In this document: piece by piece, positions 45,724-55,547 of the stretch
How the letters are laid out: each line of letters starts with the position of its first letter
Numbering within the stretch: position 1 is the stretch's first letter
Assembly (NCBI GenBank): GCA_039715185.1
Contig: JBDLIA010000005.1
Coordinates: forward strand, 6,587-70,586
Direction of reading: 5' to 3'
Length of the DNA: 64,000 nucleotides
From: Gemmatimonadota bacterium
GTDB lineage: Bacteria; Gemmatimonadota; Gemmatimonadetes; Longimicrobiales; RSA9
Made by a program: the position numbers and the translations under genes
The notes under the pieces: model-generated
Seen by the model: only the letters and a program-made list of their open reading frames with translations
Told to the model about the DNA's origin: nothing
The model's database searches: none

Positions 45724-45741
45724 TGTACCGTTGCACACTAG
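45720..45741. repeat. second exact copy of 22-mer CTAGTGTACCGTTGCACACTAG
   Basis: Identical to 34453-34474 and in the same orientation. Its terminal CTAG contains the TAG stop (45740-45738) of the - strand TPR gene. Confidence 0.9.
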
Positions 45742-48200
45742 GGGGCGGTGGGGGCGCTCGCGTCGAGGGAGTCGAGCGCGCGGCGTGCGTCCTCGACCAG
45801 CGGCTGCAGCTCGGGATCTGCGTTCGACCACAGGTCCAGGAAGCGGACGTAGTGTTCCCGCGCCCGCTCGTCTCGACCCAGGCGCGCGTGCGCCTGCGCC
45901 TGACGCAGCTCCGCCATCGGATAGTAGAGCAGCTCGAAGGGGCCCAGCTCCACCAGGTGCTCGTACCAGGGCAGCGCCTCCTCGAGTCGGCCCAGCTCGA
46001 ACAGCAGCTCCGCCTGCACGAAGCGTTCGCGCGCCTGCGCGAAGTAAGGCGACGCCATGGTCTGGCCGTACCACACCTCGCGCCGCGCGCCGTCCAGTCT
46101 CGACAGCGCCGGCAGGGGCTCGCCTGCCAGCCATTCGCGCTCCGCCTCGACCGCCGCCGCCAGGTCGAGGTTGAGCGAGCCGGCGCCCCGCGGCACGGCC
46201 GCCTCCCGAAGCCTGGCGGCCGCGGAGTCGACGGCCGGCCCATCTCCTAGGCGCGCTCCGGCCAGCCCGTCGAGGTAGGCTACGATCACGTGGTGGAGCC
46301 CGTCGAGCGCGCTGAACACGATCGACGGACTGCCCGACGGTGGGATCGCCTCGACGTCCAGCGCCGTCAGCCGGGCGCGCGCCGCCTCGAGGGCCCCGTC
46401 CGGCGCGACCGCGAACGGAGCCAGCGCCAAGAGCAGCTCGAACTCGGCCGCGACGCCCGGGTTCTCCGACGACAGCGAATCCAACTCCGCCCTCGCGTCG
46501 CGCAGCCGCCCACGCGCCGCCAGCACGTGCGCCAGCCACGAGTGACCCAGGGTGTGCCCGCCCAGCGATCGTCCGGGGGACGTGAGCAACCGGCTGATCC
46601 GCTCGGCGCCGTCCAGGTTGCGGGCGTACGTAGCGACGTCCCAGGCCGCGAGCGCGATGCTCAACTCGGAGGTCTCCGGTTGCGCCAGCGCGGCGAGGCT
46701 GCGCTCCTGCGCGAGCGAGTCTCCGCGCGCGAACGCCCTCAACGTGGCGATCTCGAGCGCGCGATCGCCGGTGGGGTTGATGCGCAGGAAGCGATCGCCG
46801 AGCGAGTCCAGCTCCGCCAGCTTCCCCTCGGCCGCCGCGACTCGGGCGAGGTGCAGCAGCGACGTGGAGTGCTCGGGGTCCATGGAGAGCACCTGCTCGA
46901 ACGCCTCCCGCGACGCCGCGAACGATCCTCCCCGCAGGGGCGCCGCGTGGATCAGGATCTCGGCCAGGTCGATGAGCGCTTCGCGCTCCTCGGGGTAGAG
47001 CGAGAGGATGGACCTGTACAACCGGGCCGCACGCTCGTTGTCGCCGGTGCGGCGTACCTGTAGCGCCTCGAGCAACTCCCGCTCGCGGTCGGCGAGCCGG
47101 TCCAGGGACCGGACCGCGCGGTCAGCCGCCCAGTCGGCCAGGTCGCCCCGCAGGTTCCACTCCGCGAGCAGGCTGAGGCGGTAGTAGGCGAGCGCGAACG
47201 CGGTGTCGATGGAGACCGCCCGCTGGAACGCCTCGGTGGATTCGTCGAAGCGTCCTCGCCGATACAGGCGCTCCCCCTCCAGGAATGCCTTGAGCGCATC
47301 GATCGAGTCCGTGGTGACGGCGGCGATGCGCTGCACCCGCGCGGTGGGCCCGCCGCCCATCTCGGCGAGAAGGCCGGCGGCCATCCGGTCGACCAGGTCC
47401 AGGACCTCCTCGGCCGGGCCCTCCACCGTGCTCCTGCTCAAGGGCTCGTCGTCTCCACGCCGGTACACGGCCGCGCTGAGCTCCAGCCGGCCGCCGGCCG
47501 CGAAGATGTCGCCCGTGACCCACGTACCGGCGTTGAAGCGGCGTGCCGCCGCCATTCCGGGCTCGACCTCCGGCGCCTCGCGACCGTCGAGGAAATCGAG
47601 GACCGAGCGGTCGTCCACGGTGCGCAGGTCCCCGGCGCCGTCCAGCTTCCTGGTCAGCAGGTTGACCATCGCGTCGCCCAGGTAGGCGTACTCGGCGCCG
47701 CCCCGGACCGTGAACGGAACCACCGCCACCTTGTCCGGGTCGGCGTCGGCTGCGACGTCGACCAACGCGGCGCCCGCCCTGGGGCCCCCCGAGAACGCCA
47801 CCCAGGCGGCCGCGAATACGCCCCACGCGGCGAACGCCAGGATGCCCACGCCGATGGCATTCTTCCAGGTGAGCAGCTTTCCGACGGAGGCGGGGAAGAG
47901 CGGGCGGGGCGGAGATGACGCCGGCTGGGTGGCCTCCGCACCGGCCCGAGCGGGGGAAATACCCGGCTCTGCTCTGGAAGAAAGCGAGCGCGCCTGGGCG
48001 ATCGCCGTGGCGAGCACGATGGGCAGGCCGACGACCAGCATGCCCAGGCCCACCGCCGGAAACCAGTCGGGCAATCGCAGGACGGAGGTGAGCACGTCGA
48101 TGGCCTCCAGAGCCACCCAGCCAGCCGCCAGGTAGATGGCCAGCACGCGCCACACGTCGCCGTGCTTGAGTCTTTCCAGGAGTCGTTTGCCGAAGGACAC
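45738..48200 (-). CDS. membrane-anchored TolB-N-like + TPR repeat protein
   Basis: GTG start. N-terminal helix pair (VWRVLAIYLAAGWVALEAIDVLTSVLRLPDWFPAVGLGMLVVGLPIVLA). Then VAVVPFTVRGGAEYAYLGDAMVNLLTRKL and multiple TPR-like helical repeats to the C-terminus. Confidence 0.75.
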   Translation of the reverse strand: MSFGKRLLERLKHGDVWRVLAIYLAAGWVALEAIDVLTSVLRLPDWFPAVGLGMLVVGLPIVLATAIAQARSLSSRAEPGISPARAGAEATQPASSPPRPLFPASVGKLLTWKNAIGVGILAFAAWGVFAAAWVAFSGGPRAGAALVDVAADADPDKVAVVPFTVRGGAEYAYLGDAMVNLLTRKLDGAGDLRTVDDRSVLDFLDGREAPEVEPGMAAARRFNAGTWVTGDIFAAGGRLELSAAVYRRGDDEPLSRSTVEGPAEEVLDLVDRMAAGLLAEMGGGPTARVQRIAAVTTDSIDALKAFLEGERLYRRGRFDESTEAFQRAVSIDTAFALAYYRLSLLAEWNLRGDLADWAADRAVRSLDRLADRERELLEALQVRRTGDNERAARLYRSILSLYPEEREALIDLAEILIHAAPLRGGSFAASREAFEQVLSMDPEHSTSLLHLARVAAAEGKLAELDSLGDRFLRINPTGDRALEIATLRAFARGDSLAQERSLAALAQPETSELSIALAAWDVATYARNLDGAERISRLLTSPGRSLGGHTLGHSWLAHVLAARGRLRDARAELDSLSSENPGVAAEFELLLALAPFAVAPDGALEAARARLTALDVEAIPPSGSPSIVFSALDGLHHVIVAYLDGLAGARLGDGPAVDSAAARLREAAVPRGAGSLNLDLAAAVEAEREWLAGEPLPALSRLDGARREVWYGQTMASPYFAQARERFVQAELLFELGRLEEALPWYEHLVELGPFELLYYPMAELRQAQAHARLGRDERAREHYVRFLDLWSNADPELQPLVEDARRALDSLDASAPTAP

Positions 48201-48256
48201 TCAGGCCTCGATCCGCAGGGGTCGCGCGGGCAAGATCGGAGGCCGGCGCGGGTGTA

Positions 48257-50104
48257 TCAAGAAGCGACGCCGTCCAGCACGCTCAACGCCACCTCGACGC
48301 GCCCGAACGGCGCGCTCACCTGCACGCCCTGGATCACGCCGCGGACCGCCGCCAGGCATTCGCGGGCGATCGCGAGGCCCTCCTCCAGCGCGTCCTCTTT
48401 GCCGCGCGCGCTGGCCGCGCGCATGCGCTCGATGACCGGGTCCGGCACGCTGATCCCCGGCACCTCGTTGGCCAGGAACTCGGCGTTGCGTGCCGACACC
48501 AGCGGCCATATGCCGGCCACAACCGGAATGCTCATGTCCCGCTCCTGGGCGCTGCGCACGAAGTCCAGCAGTTGGGCGGGGTCGAAGACCGGCTGCGTGA
48601 CGCAGAACTCGGCACCCGCGTCGACCTTCCAGTGGAAGCGCTCGAGCTCGTGTTCGGCGTCCACTGCGCTGGGATTGGCGGCCACCCCGATCGCGAACTC
48701 CGTCGGCTCGCCGATGGCGTTGTTCCCGGGGTCCAGCCCGTGGTTGAGCCGCGACACCAGGTTGGTGAGGCCGATGGAGTCGATATCGAAGACCGCGGTG
48801 GCGTCCGGGTACGGGCCCATCTTGGGCGGGTCCCCCGTGACGATCAGCAGGTTGCGAACCCCCAGCGCGTGCGCGCCCAGCAGGTCCGACAGCATGCCCA
48901 GCAGGTTGCGGTCCCTACAGCTGTAGTGGACGATCGGCTCGATGCCGCCTTCCCGCTGGATCAATGCGGACGTGGCCAGCGCGCTCATGCGCATCTGCGC
49001 GCGAGGGCCGTCCGGTACGTTGACGCCGTCGACGCCGGCTTCGCGCAGGGTCCGCACGCCCCCGAGCATGCGCGCCGGGTCGATCCCCTTGGGGGGAACG
49101 ATCTCCACCGAGGTCACGAATTCACCACGGGCGAGCTTCGCGCCGATGGAGGAGCGGTCTGCCAGCGGTACCGGCTCGCGCGGAGCGGGGCCGCCGACGG
49201 GCATTTCTCCCACGGACACGGTGACGCGGGGGGATCGCATCCGCACCACATCGGCCATGCGCCGCACGTGCTCCGGCGTGGTGCCACAGCAGCCGCCGAC
49301 GAACCGCACGCCCGCGTCGAGCAGTCGCCGCGTGTACTTGGCGAAATACTCCGGCGAAGCCATGTACATCTGGCGGCCGTGCACCTCGCGCGGCAGTCCC
49401 GCGTTGGGCTGCGCGGACAGCGGCACGCCAACCACGGGGGCCATCCGATCAACGGCCTGGAGCACTCCGTGGGGACCGACCGAGCAGTTCAGCCCGACCA
49501 CGTCGGCGCCCCACTCCGACAACCTCGCCCCGCACACCTCCGGGGCGGTGCCGTACGCGGTACTCCCGTCCTCGCCGATGGCCATCTGCGCGAACACCGG
49601 CAGGTCGGTCAACTCGCGAACCGCCTCCAGCGCCTGCCTGATCTCCTCCAGGAACGAGAAGGTCTCGAGCACGAAGCCGTCGACCCCTCCCTCCAGCAGT
49701 CCTTCCACCTGTTCCCGGAAGAACGTCCGTGCCTCGTCGACGGAGGTGGGACCGTAGGGTTCGATCCGTATCCCCAGCGGACCTATGGAGCCGCCGACGG
49801 CCACGTCCTCGGCGACGGCCCGACGCGCGATCTCCGCGGCGCGCGCGTTGATCTCGCGCACCCTGTCTCCGAGGCCGTGCTGGGTCAGCTTGACGCGATT
49901 GGCTCCGAAGGTATTGGTCTCGACGATCTCCGCGCCCGCGCGCGCATAGGCCTTGTGAATGTCGCCCACGATCGCCGGCTCGGTGACGTTGAGCTCGTCG
50001 TAGCAGCGATTGATGAACACGCCGCCCGAGTACAACATCGTGCCCATTCCGCCATCGAATAGGTGCGGGCGGCCGTCTTCGATGAGCGCGCGGATGTCGC
50101 TCAC
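48257..50104 (-). CDS. bifunctional homocysteine S-methyltransferase / 5,10-methylenetetrahydrofolate reductase-like fusion
   Basis: N-terminal Hcy-binding domain (FDGGMGTML...GGCCGTTPEHV). C-terminal MTHFR/MetF-like domain (SVEIVPPKG...IVHYSCRDRN...LLIVTGDPP). GTGA overlap with the upstream permease stop. Confidence 0.88.
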   Translation of the reverse strand: MSDIRALIEDGRPHLFDGGMGTMLYSGGVFINRCYDELNVTEPAIVGDIHKAYARAGAEIVETNTFGANRVKLTQHGLGDRVREINARAAEIARRAVAEDVAVGGSIGPLGIRIEPYGPTSVDEARTFFREQVEGLLEGGVDGFVLETFSFLEEIRQALEAVRELTDLPVFAQMAIGEDGSTAYGTAPEVCGARLSEWGADVVGLNCSVGPHGVLQAVDRMAPVVGVPLSAQPNAGLPREVHGRQMYMASPEYFAKYTRRLLDAGVRFVGGCCGTTPEHVRRMADVVRMRSPRVTVSVGEMPVGGPAPREPVPLADRSSIGAKLARGEFVTSVEIVPPKGIDPARMLGGVRTLREAGVDGVNVPDGPRAQMRMSALATSALIQREGGIEPIVHYSCRDRNLLGMLSDLLGAHALGVRNLLIVTGDPPKMGPYPDATAVFDIDSIGLTNLVSRLNHGLDPGNNAIGEPTEFAIGVAANPSAVDAEHELERFHWKVDAGAEFCVTQPVFDPAQLLDFVRSAQERDMSIPVVAGIWPLVSARNAEFLANEVPGISVPDPVIERMRAASARGKEDALEEGLAIARECLAAVRGVIQGVQVSAPFGRVEVALSVLDGVAS

Positions 50105-51978
50105 GCGTCGCGCCGCGCCAGCGCCAGCCCCGGGTCCGACCGGCTCACGCGCCGGGCCGGGCCGATCGAGGCGCCTACGCTGATCACCATCACCGCCAGC
50201 GCGAGCGACCCCATGAGCCCCGCTCCCACGCCGCCTAGCGCGGGCAGCCGGTCGGCCAGGGTCTGGTTCACGGCCATCAACATCAGCAGACCCGCGACCA
50301 GGCCGCGAGCGCCGACCCCGGCGCCGCGCAGGACGATAGATCGGGCGAGCGAGCGCGGGCTCGCGCCCAGCGCCGCGCGGATGCCGAATTCCCAGGAGCG
50401 CGCACGCACGTCCTCGCGCATGGTGGTTACCATGCCGATGAGGGACAGGATCAGCGCCGGCAAGGCGGCAGCCGCAAGCAGCAGCGCGAGCCAGCGCGGC
50501 GCCGCCGCGGTCTCGGCCAGGAGAGCTACCAAGGGCCGCGCTTCAGATACCCGGACGCGCGCGCTCGCTGGCAACCCGGCCGCGAGCGCCTCCGCCAGGA
50601 CGGCATCAACCTCGGCCGGCTCCTCGACGCCCTGAAGCGCGACGTCGAACCGAGACGGCAGCGCCTGGGCCGCGGGCAGGTAAATCGAGGGCACCGGATC
50701 GCCGGCGGCGGCGAAGCCCCCTTCCGGCAGATCCGGCACGACCCCCACGATGGTGGACCAGGCCGGCTCCCGGGCGCTCGCCATGACGCGCTTGCCGATC
50801 GCGACGCCGTCGACGAATCGGCGCGCGTATGACTCGCTGACGAGCACCACGCCCGGAGCGTCCGGAGCGTCCTCCGTACCGAAGGAACGCCCCTCCAGCG
50901 CGGCCTGGCCGTGCGCCTCGAAGAACCCCGCGCTCACCGCGGCCCTGCGGGCGTCGACGCTGATGATGTCGACCACCATCCCTCCGGCCGGGCACGCCCC
51001 GCAGTACGTCGTCACGTAGTCGCGTGCGCCTTGTCCCGTCAGCGTTCCAGGGCTGGAGATGGACACCGCGCTCGCTCCCGTGGCCGTCGACAGCGACTCG
51101 CGGATTCCAACGTGCAGCAGCGCGAGAGCCTCCTCGCCCACGCCCCCAAGCTCCACACGCGCCACAGCCGTGTCACCGACCTCGAACCCCGTCCAAGCGT
51201 CCCGCTGAGGGGATAGGACCGCCCAGCCCAGGACGAACACGGTGCCGACGACAGTCACCAAAGCGGCGATCTGGACGCTCGCCATGGAGCGCCGGAAGAA
51301 CCCCACCGCCGGATCCTCGGTGACGCGAGCGCCAATACTCAGCAAGGCCGGCAGGCGCCGGCGGCCCAAACTCGTGGACAGCAGGCCCAGCAGCGCCGCG
51401 CCCAGCGCGAGCAGGGCGCCGGTGAGCGCCGCGGCGGGCGCCGACGGGGTCGCGCCGACGCGCGCGAGCGATTCCGGAAGCGTGGCCAGCAGCCCCACCG
51501 ATACGGCCCAGCCCGGTCCGCCGCCCAGAAGCGCGCCCGTGCCGGTAATCAACACTAGCGGGCCGACGGATCGGCGCAGGCGCACCCACCGGGGTTCTCC
51601 CAGAGACCGGCGGGTCGCGCTGGCGCTCCGCCGGGCGAGACCGTGCTGCGCCCAGCCGGCGAGTGCGTTGGTGCAGGTGGCCAGGACGGCCGCGCAGAAC
51701 ACCCCCGCGAAGAGCGTTAGGAGAGCCTCGAGCCCCTCGGCCTGAAGGGAGTCCACGGAGCGGGCGAAGGCCGTCCGACCGAACACACCGCCGTCGGCGG
51801 GCACGGACTCGGGCCGCAAGCCCCAACCCAGCCCCGCGCTCGAGCCGGCGCCGCCGGCGAGCACCGTCCGCCCGAGCTCGAACAGGGCCACCGCGGCCGC
51901 CGCGCTGACGAGCAAGCTCGCGGTTCTCAGAGGGGAGGCCAAGAACGGACGCAGCGCGGCCGGCGTGCGGGACTTCAT
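50101..51978 (-). CDS. duplicated FtsX-domain (MacB/ADOP-like) ABC-type permease without adjacent ATPase
   Basis: ATG 51978 overlaps the metH stop (ATGA). The C-terminal FtsX domain is clear (REDVRARSWEFGIRAALGASPRSLARSIVLRGAGVG...). There is a degenerate N-terminal copy (RRSLGEPRWVRLRRSVGPLVLITG) and a MacB_PCD-like periplasmic middle part. Confidence 0.75.
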   Translation of the reverse strand: MKSRTPAALRPFLASPLRTASLLVSAAAAVALFELGRTVLAGGAGSSAGLGWGLRPESVPADGGVFGRTAFARSVDSLQAEGLEALLTLFAGVFCAAVLATCTNALAGWAQHGLARRSASATRRSLGEPRWVRLRRSVGPLVLITGTGALLGGGPGWAVSVGLLATLPESLARVGATPSAPAAALTGALLALGAALLGLLSTSLGRRRLPALLSIGARVTEDPAVGFFRRSMASVQIAALVTVVGTVFVLGWAVLSPQRDAWTGFEVGDTAVARVELGGVGEEALALLHVGIRESLSTATGASAVSISSPGTLTGQGARDYVTTYCGACPAGGMVVDIISVDARRAAVSAGFFEAHGQAALEGRSFGTEDAPDAPGVVLVSESYARRFVDGVAIGKRVMASAREPAWSTIVGVVPDLPEGGFAAAGDPVPSIYLPAAQALPSRFDVALQGVEEPAEVDAVLAEALAAGLPASARVRVSEARPLVALLAETAAAPRWLALLLAAAALPALILSLIGMVTTMREDVRARSWEFGIRAALGASPRSLARSIVLRGAGVGARGLVAGLLMLMAVNQTLADRLPALGGVGAGLMGSLALAVMVISVGASIGPARRVSRSDPGLALARRDA

Positions 51979-54900
51979 CGATCGTCCTCCGCGCTGAAAT
52001 ATTTCGCGTCGGGGTGGTGCACGACCAGGGCGGCGGTGGACAGCTCCGGCACCAACGCCCCGGCTTCGGTCAGGTCGAGCCCCAGCCGCTCGCGCGCCGG
52101 CAGCAAGTCGAACAATCGGAAGTGCTGTTTGTGGTCGGGGCACGCCGGGTACCCCCACGAGTAACGCAACCCGCGTTCGGGCGCGATGCCCAACTCCCGA
52201 CGCATGCGCCGGTGTACCCACTCGGCGGCGGCCTCGGCCAGGCGCACGCCGAAACCGTGCAGGAAGAACCCCTCGGAGTATTCGCCCCCCTTCATCAGCG
52301 CTTCGGAGCGCTCGAGCAGGGCGTCGCCCACGGTCACGACCTGGAAGCCGACCACGTCCGTCGGGGCGCCATCCCGGGGGCGGAAATAGTCCGCCAGACA
52401 CAGCCGCTCACGGCCCGGCTGGCGTGGAAACTCGAAGCGCGTCGACTCCGCGAGCGGGTCTTGCGGGTCGAACACCACGAGCGCGTCACTCTCGGACGCC
52501 GCCGGGAAGAACCCGTACGCGGCGCGCGTGCGCAGCCACCCGCCGGAGATCGCGTCCTGCTCGTAGCGCCGCAGCCGAGGCTCGTACTCCTCGCCCACGA
52601 GTTGCTCCCACTCCTCGCCCTTGGCGTTCTTGGCGCCCCAGTGCAGCCGGTAGAGCGTGTTCAGGTCGATCAGTTCGAACAGCTCGGAGGGCGGGATGCG
52701 GTCGATGACCTTCACGCCGGCAAACGCGGGCGTGGGAACCTCGATGTCAGCCGCGGGCCGTGCGTCGACAACGGCGGGCGCCAACTCCGCCGCCCGCGCC
52801 TTGAGCTCCTCCCGGCGCGCGGCACCTTCGCGGATGTCGCGCAGACGCTCCGTGCGGAAAGCGTCGCGGCGCGTCGGATCGACCAGCGCGTCCACCGCCT
52901 CCAGGCCCGCAAACGCGTCCTTGCAGTACCAGATGCCCGCCTCGTACACAGCCGCAGTCCCGGGCTCCACCGCCCCGGTCTCGGGGTCCAGGAACGCCGC
53001 CCGACGCACGAACGACGGGTTGATCGCGGCGCCTCCGCAGAGCAGCGGATAGCCTAGCCCGCGCGCGGACAGCTCCTGCACGCACGCCGGCATCTGGCGC
53101 GAAGTGGATACCAGCAGAGCGGACAGTCCGATGGCGTCCGCGCCCACCTCCTCGGCCTTGGCGATGATGTCGTTCACGGGCACCTGCTTGCCCAGGTCGT
53201 GCACGGCGTAGCCGTTGTTGGCCAGGATGGTGTGGACCAGGTTCTTGCCGATGTCGTGGACGTCGCCGAAAACGGTCGCCAACACCACGATCCCTTTGGC
53301 CTGCCCGTCCAGCCGCTCCAGATAAGTCTCCAGCCTTGCCACGGCGCGCTTCATCACCTCGGCGGACTGCAGCACGAAGGGCAGGATCAGCTCGCCCGAG
53401 CCGAACTTGTCGCCCACTTCCTTCATGGCGGGCAGCAGCACGTCGTTCAGCGTGGCGACCGCGGCCGCGTCTTCCTTGGTACCCGACAAGTCCTCCGGCG
53501 AAACCCCCGCGCGACCCGCGATGGCGGCGTCCACCAGCTGCTCGATCCCGTCCTTCTTGCGGTGCAGGATCTTCCAGTGAATGGCCTCGTCGGGGGCCAT
53601 CTGGACGGTGGGGTCGGCGGCCTCTTCGGCGGTAGCCTCGACGCCCTCGAAGTGCGCGATGAAGCGCGCCAGCGCGTCCGGACGGCGGTCGAGGATCAGG
53701 TCGTCGGCGAGCTCCCGCTCCTCGTCGTCGACCTCGGCGTAGGGGGTGACGTGCGCGGGGTTCACGATCGCCATGTCCAGCCCCGCCTCCACGCAGTGGT
53801 GCAGGAAGGCGGAGTTGAGCGCGCCGCGCGCATGCGGCTGGAGGCCGAACGACACGTTGGAGACGCCCAGGCTCGTGAAAACGCCGGGAAGCTCGGCCTT
53901 GATGGCGCGGATGCCCTCGATGGTCTCGACGGCCGAGCGGCGGAATTCTTCCTCTCCGGTCGCCAGGGTAAACGTGAGCGCGTCGAAGATCAGGTCCTCG
54001 GCCGCGAGGCCGTGCTCGTCCACGGCGATTCCCGCGATCCGGCGCGCGACCTCCAGCTTGCGCTCGGCGGTCTTGGCCATGCCGACCTCGTCGATGGTCA
54101 GCGCCACCACCGCCGCGCCGTGCTCGCGCGCAACGGGCAGCACCGCGTCCGCCTTGGCGCGCCCCGCCTCCAGGTTGATCGAGTTGACGGTAGCGCGGCC
54201 GGGATACTGCTCGAGCGCCGCCCCCATCACGTCGACCTCGGTGGTGTCGACGACGAGCGGCGTTTCCACCGCCTGTGCGAGCCGCTTGACCAGCTCGCGC
54301 ATCTGGTCCGCCTCGTCGGCGCGCTCGGTGAGCGCCACGCACACGTCCAGCAGGTGGGCGCCGCCCTCCACCTGCCCGCGCGCGATCTCCAGCACGCCGT
54401 CCAGATCGTCGGCCAGCAGCAACCGCTTGACCGCCCGCGATCCCTGCGTATTCACCCGCTCCCCGATCAACGTGGGCGCCGGGATCTGCTTCATGTCGAA
54501 CGCTGTCATCGCGCTGGCCAGGCGCGGCGGCGGCGCGGGCGAGCGGGGCGCGGGCTTCGCGCCGCCCACGCGCTCCACGACCTGGCGGATGTGCTCTGGC
54601 GTGGTGCCGCAGCAGCCGCCGACTACGTTGACGCCGAACTTCACGACGAACTCCTCGTGCGCGTCGGCCAGCGCTTCCGCGGTGAGCGGATAGACCGCCT
54701 CCCCGGCCTCGTTGTGCGGGATGCCGGCGTTGGGGATGACGCTGATAGGCAGCGGCGCGTTCTCGCACAGCCAACGCACCGCCTGCCGCATGTGCTCCGG
54801 CCCGGTGGAGCAGTTCAGGCCGATCGCGTCCACGCGCAGCGCGCGGAGCACGGTGGCGGCGGCGGCGATGTCGGTCCCCAGCAGCATGCGGCCCGAGGTG

Positions 54901-55502
54901 TCCAGCGTGACCTGCGCCTGGATCGGCACCGTGCGGCCCGACTCCGCGAAGTAGCGGCGGATCCCCGCGACCTGCGCCTTGACCTCGAGCATGTCCTGGC
55001 TGGTCTCGATGAGCAGGACGTCCGCGCCGCTCTCGACCAGCCCGCGCGCTTGCTCGGCGAAGACCTCGGCGAGCTCGGCGTAGGTCACGTCGCCCAGGCC
55101 GGGCTCCGACGTGCTGGGCAGGAAGCCGCTCGGGCCGATGCTGCCGGCGACGAAGCGCGGTCGGTCCGGCGTGGAGAACCGATCCGCGACGCTGCGGGCG
55201 AGCGCAGCGGCCGCGGCGTTGATCTCCACGATCCGGTCCTCGAGCCCGTACTCCTTCATGGTCAGCCGGTTGGAGCGGAACGTGTCGGTCTCGATCACGT
55301 CGCAGCCCACCTCCAGAAAGGAGGCGTGGACCCGCTCGATGGCATCCGGGCGCGAGATCACCAGGTAGTCGTTGCAGCCGACGAGCGCGTCGCCTCCGAA
55401 GTCGGCCGCGCCGAGCCCGAGCGTCTGGATGCTCGTGCCCATCGCCCCGTCGTAGACCAGGACGCGATCGGCCAGGCTCGTGATGTAGCGCGACTCGCTC
55501 AT
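51975..55502 (-). CDS. metH: cobalamin-dependent methionine synthase
   Basis: Hcy domain (YDGAMGTSIQ...GGCCGTTPEHI), pterin-binding domain, B12-binding DxHxxG (GDVHDIGKN) and an AdoMet reactivation domain. Start set at ATG 55502 (GGGGAG upstream). The ORF-track GTG 55532 lies inside the leader hairpin. Confidence 0.96.
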   Translation of the reverse strand: MSESRYITSLADRVLVYDGAMGTSIQTLGLGAADFGGDALVGCNDYLVISRPDAIERVHASFLEVGCDVIETDTFRSNRLTMKEYGLEDRIVEINAAAAALARSVADRFSTPDRPRFVAGSIGPSGFLPSTSEPGLGDVTYAELAEVFAEQARGLVESGADVLLIETSQDMLEVKAQVAGIRRYFAESGRTVPIQAQVTLDTSGRMLLGTDIAAAATVLRALRVDAIGLNCSTGPEHMRQAVRWLCENAPLPISVIPNAGIPHNEAGEAVYPLTAEALADAHEEFVVKFGVNVVGGCCGTTPEHIRQVVERVGGAKPAPRSPAPPPRLASAMTAFDMKQIPAPTLIGERVNTQGSRAVKRLLLADDLDGVLEIARGQVEGGAHLLDVCVALTERADEADQMRELVKRLAQAVETPLVVDTTEVDVMGAALEQYPGRATVNSINLEAGRAKADAVLPVAREHGAAVVALTIDEVGMAKTAERKLEVARRIAGIAVDEHGLAAEDLIFDALTFTLATGEEEFRRSAVETIEGIRAIKAELPGVFTSLGVSNVSFGLQPHARGALNSAFLHHCVEAGLDMAIVNPAHVTPYAEVDDEERELADDLILDRRPDALARFIAHFEGVEATAEEAADPTVQMAPDEAIHWKILHRKKDGIEQLVDAAIAGRAGVSPEDLSGTKEDAAAVATLNDVLLPAMKEVGDKFGSGELILPFVLQSAEVMKRAVARLETYLERLDGQAKGIVVLATVFGDVHDIGKNLVHTILANNGYAVHDLGKQVPVNDIIAKAEEVGADAIGLSALLVSTSRQMPACVQELSARGLGYPLLCGGAAINPSFVRRAAFLDPETGAVEPGTAAVYEAGIWYCKDAFAGLEAVDALVDPTRRDAFRTERLRDIREGAARREELKARAAELAPAVVDARPAADIEVPTPAFAGVKVIDRIPPSELFELIDLNTLYRLHWGAKNAKGEEWEQLVGEEYEPRLRRYEQDAISGGWLRTRAAYGFFPAASESDALVVFDPQDPLAESTRFEFPRQPGRERLCLADYFRPRDGAPTDVVGFQVVTVGDALLERSEALMKGGEYSEGFFLHGFGVRLAEAAAEWVHRRMRRELGIAPERGLRYSWGYPACPDHKQHFRLFDLLPARERLGLDLTEAGALVPELSTAALVVHHPDAKYFSAEDDR

Positions 55503-55513
55503 CGACTCCCCAT

Positions 55514-55547
55514 AGAAAACCCCCGCGACCACTCCTGTGGTGCGGGG
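55514..55547 (-). terminator. intrinsic-terminator-like hairpin + U-tract in the metH leader (candidate attenuator / riboswitch expression platform)
   Basis: The - strand reads CCCCGCACCAC-AGGA-GTGGTCGCGGGG-G-TTTTCT (11 bp with one bulge). It ends 8 nt upstream of the GGGGAG SD-like sequence, about 11 nt before the metH ATG. There is no upstream - strand gene for it to terminate. Confidence 0.55.

Noticed and set aside
55503-55532. A 10-codon N-terminal extension of metH from GTG 55532 (MVAGVFYGES).
   Set aside because: The GTG lies inside the 3' arm of the leader hairpin, and the codons span its U-tract. ATG 55502 has an SD-like GGGGAG and aligns with the usual MetH N-terminus.
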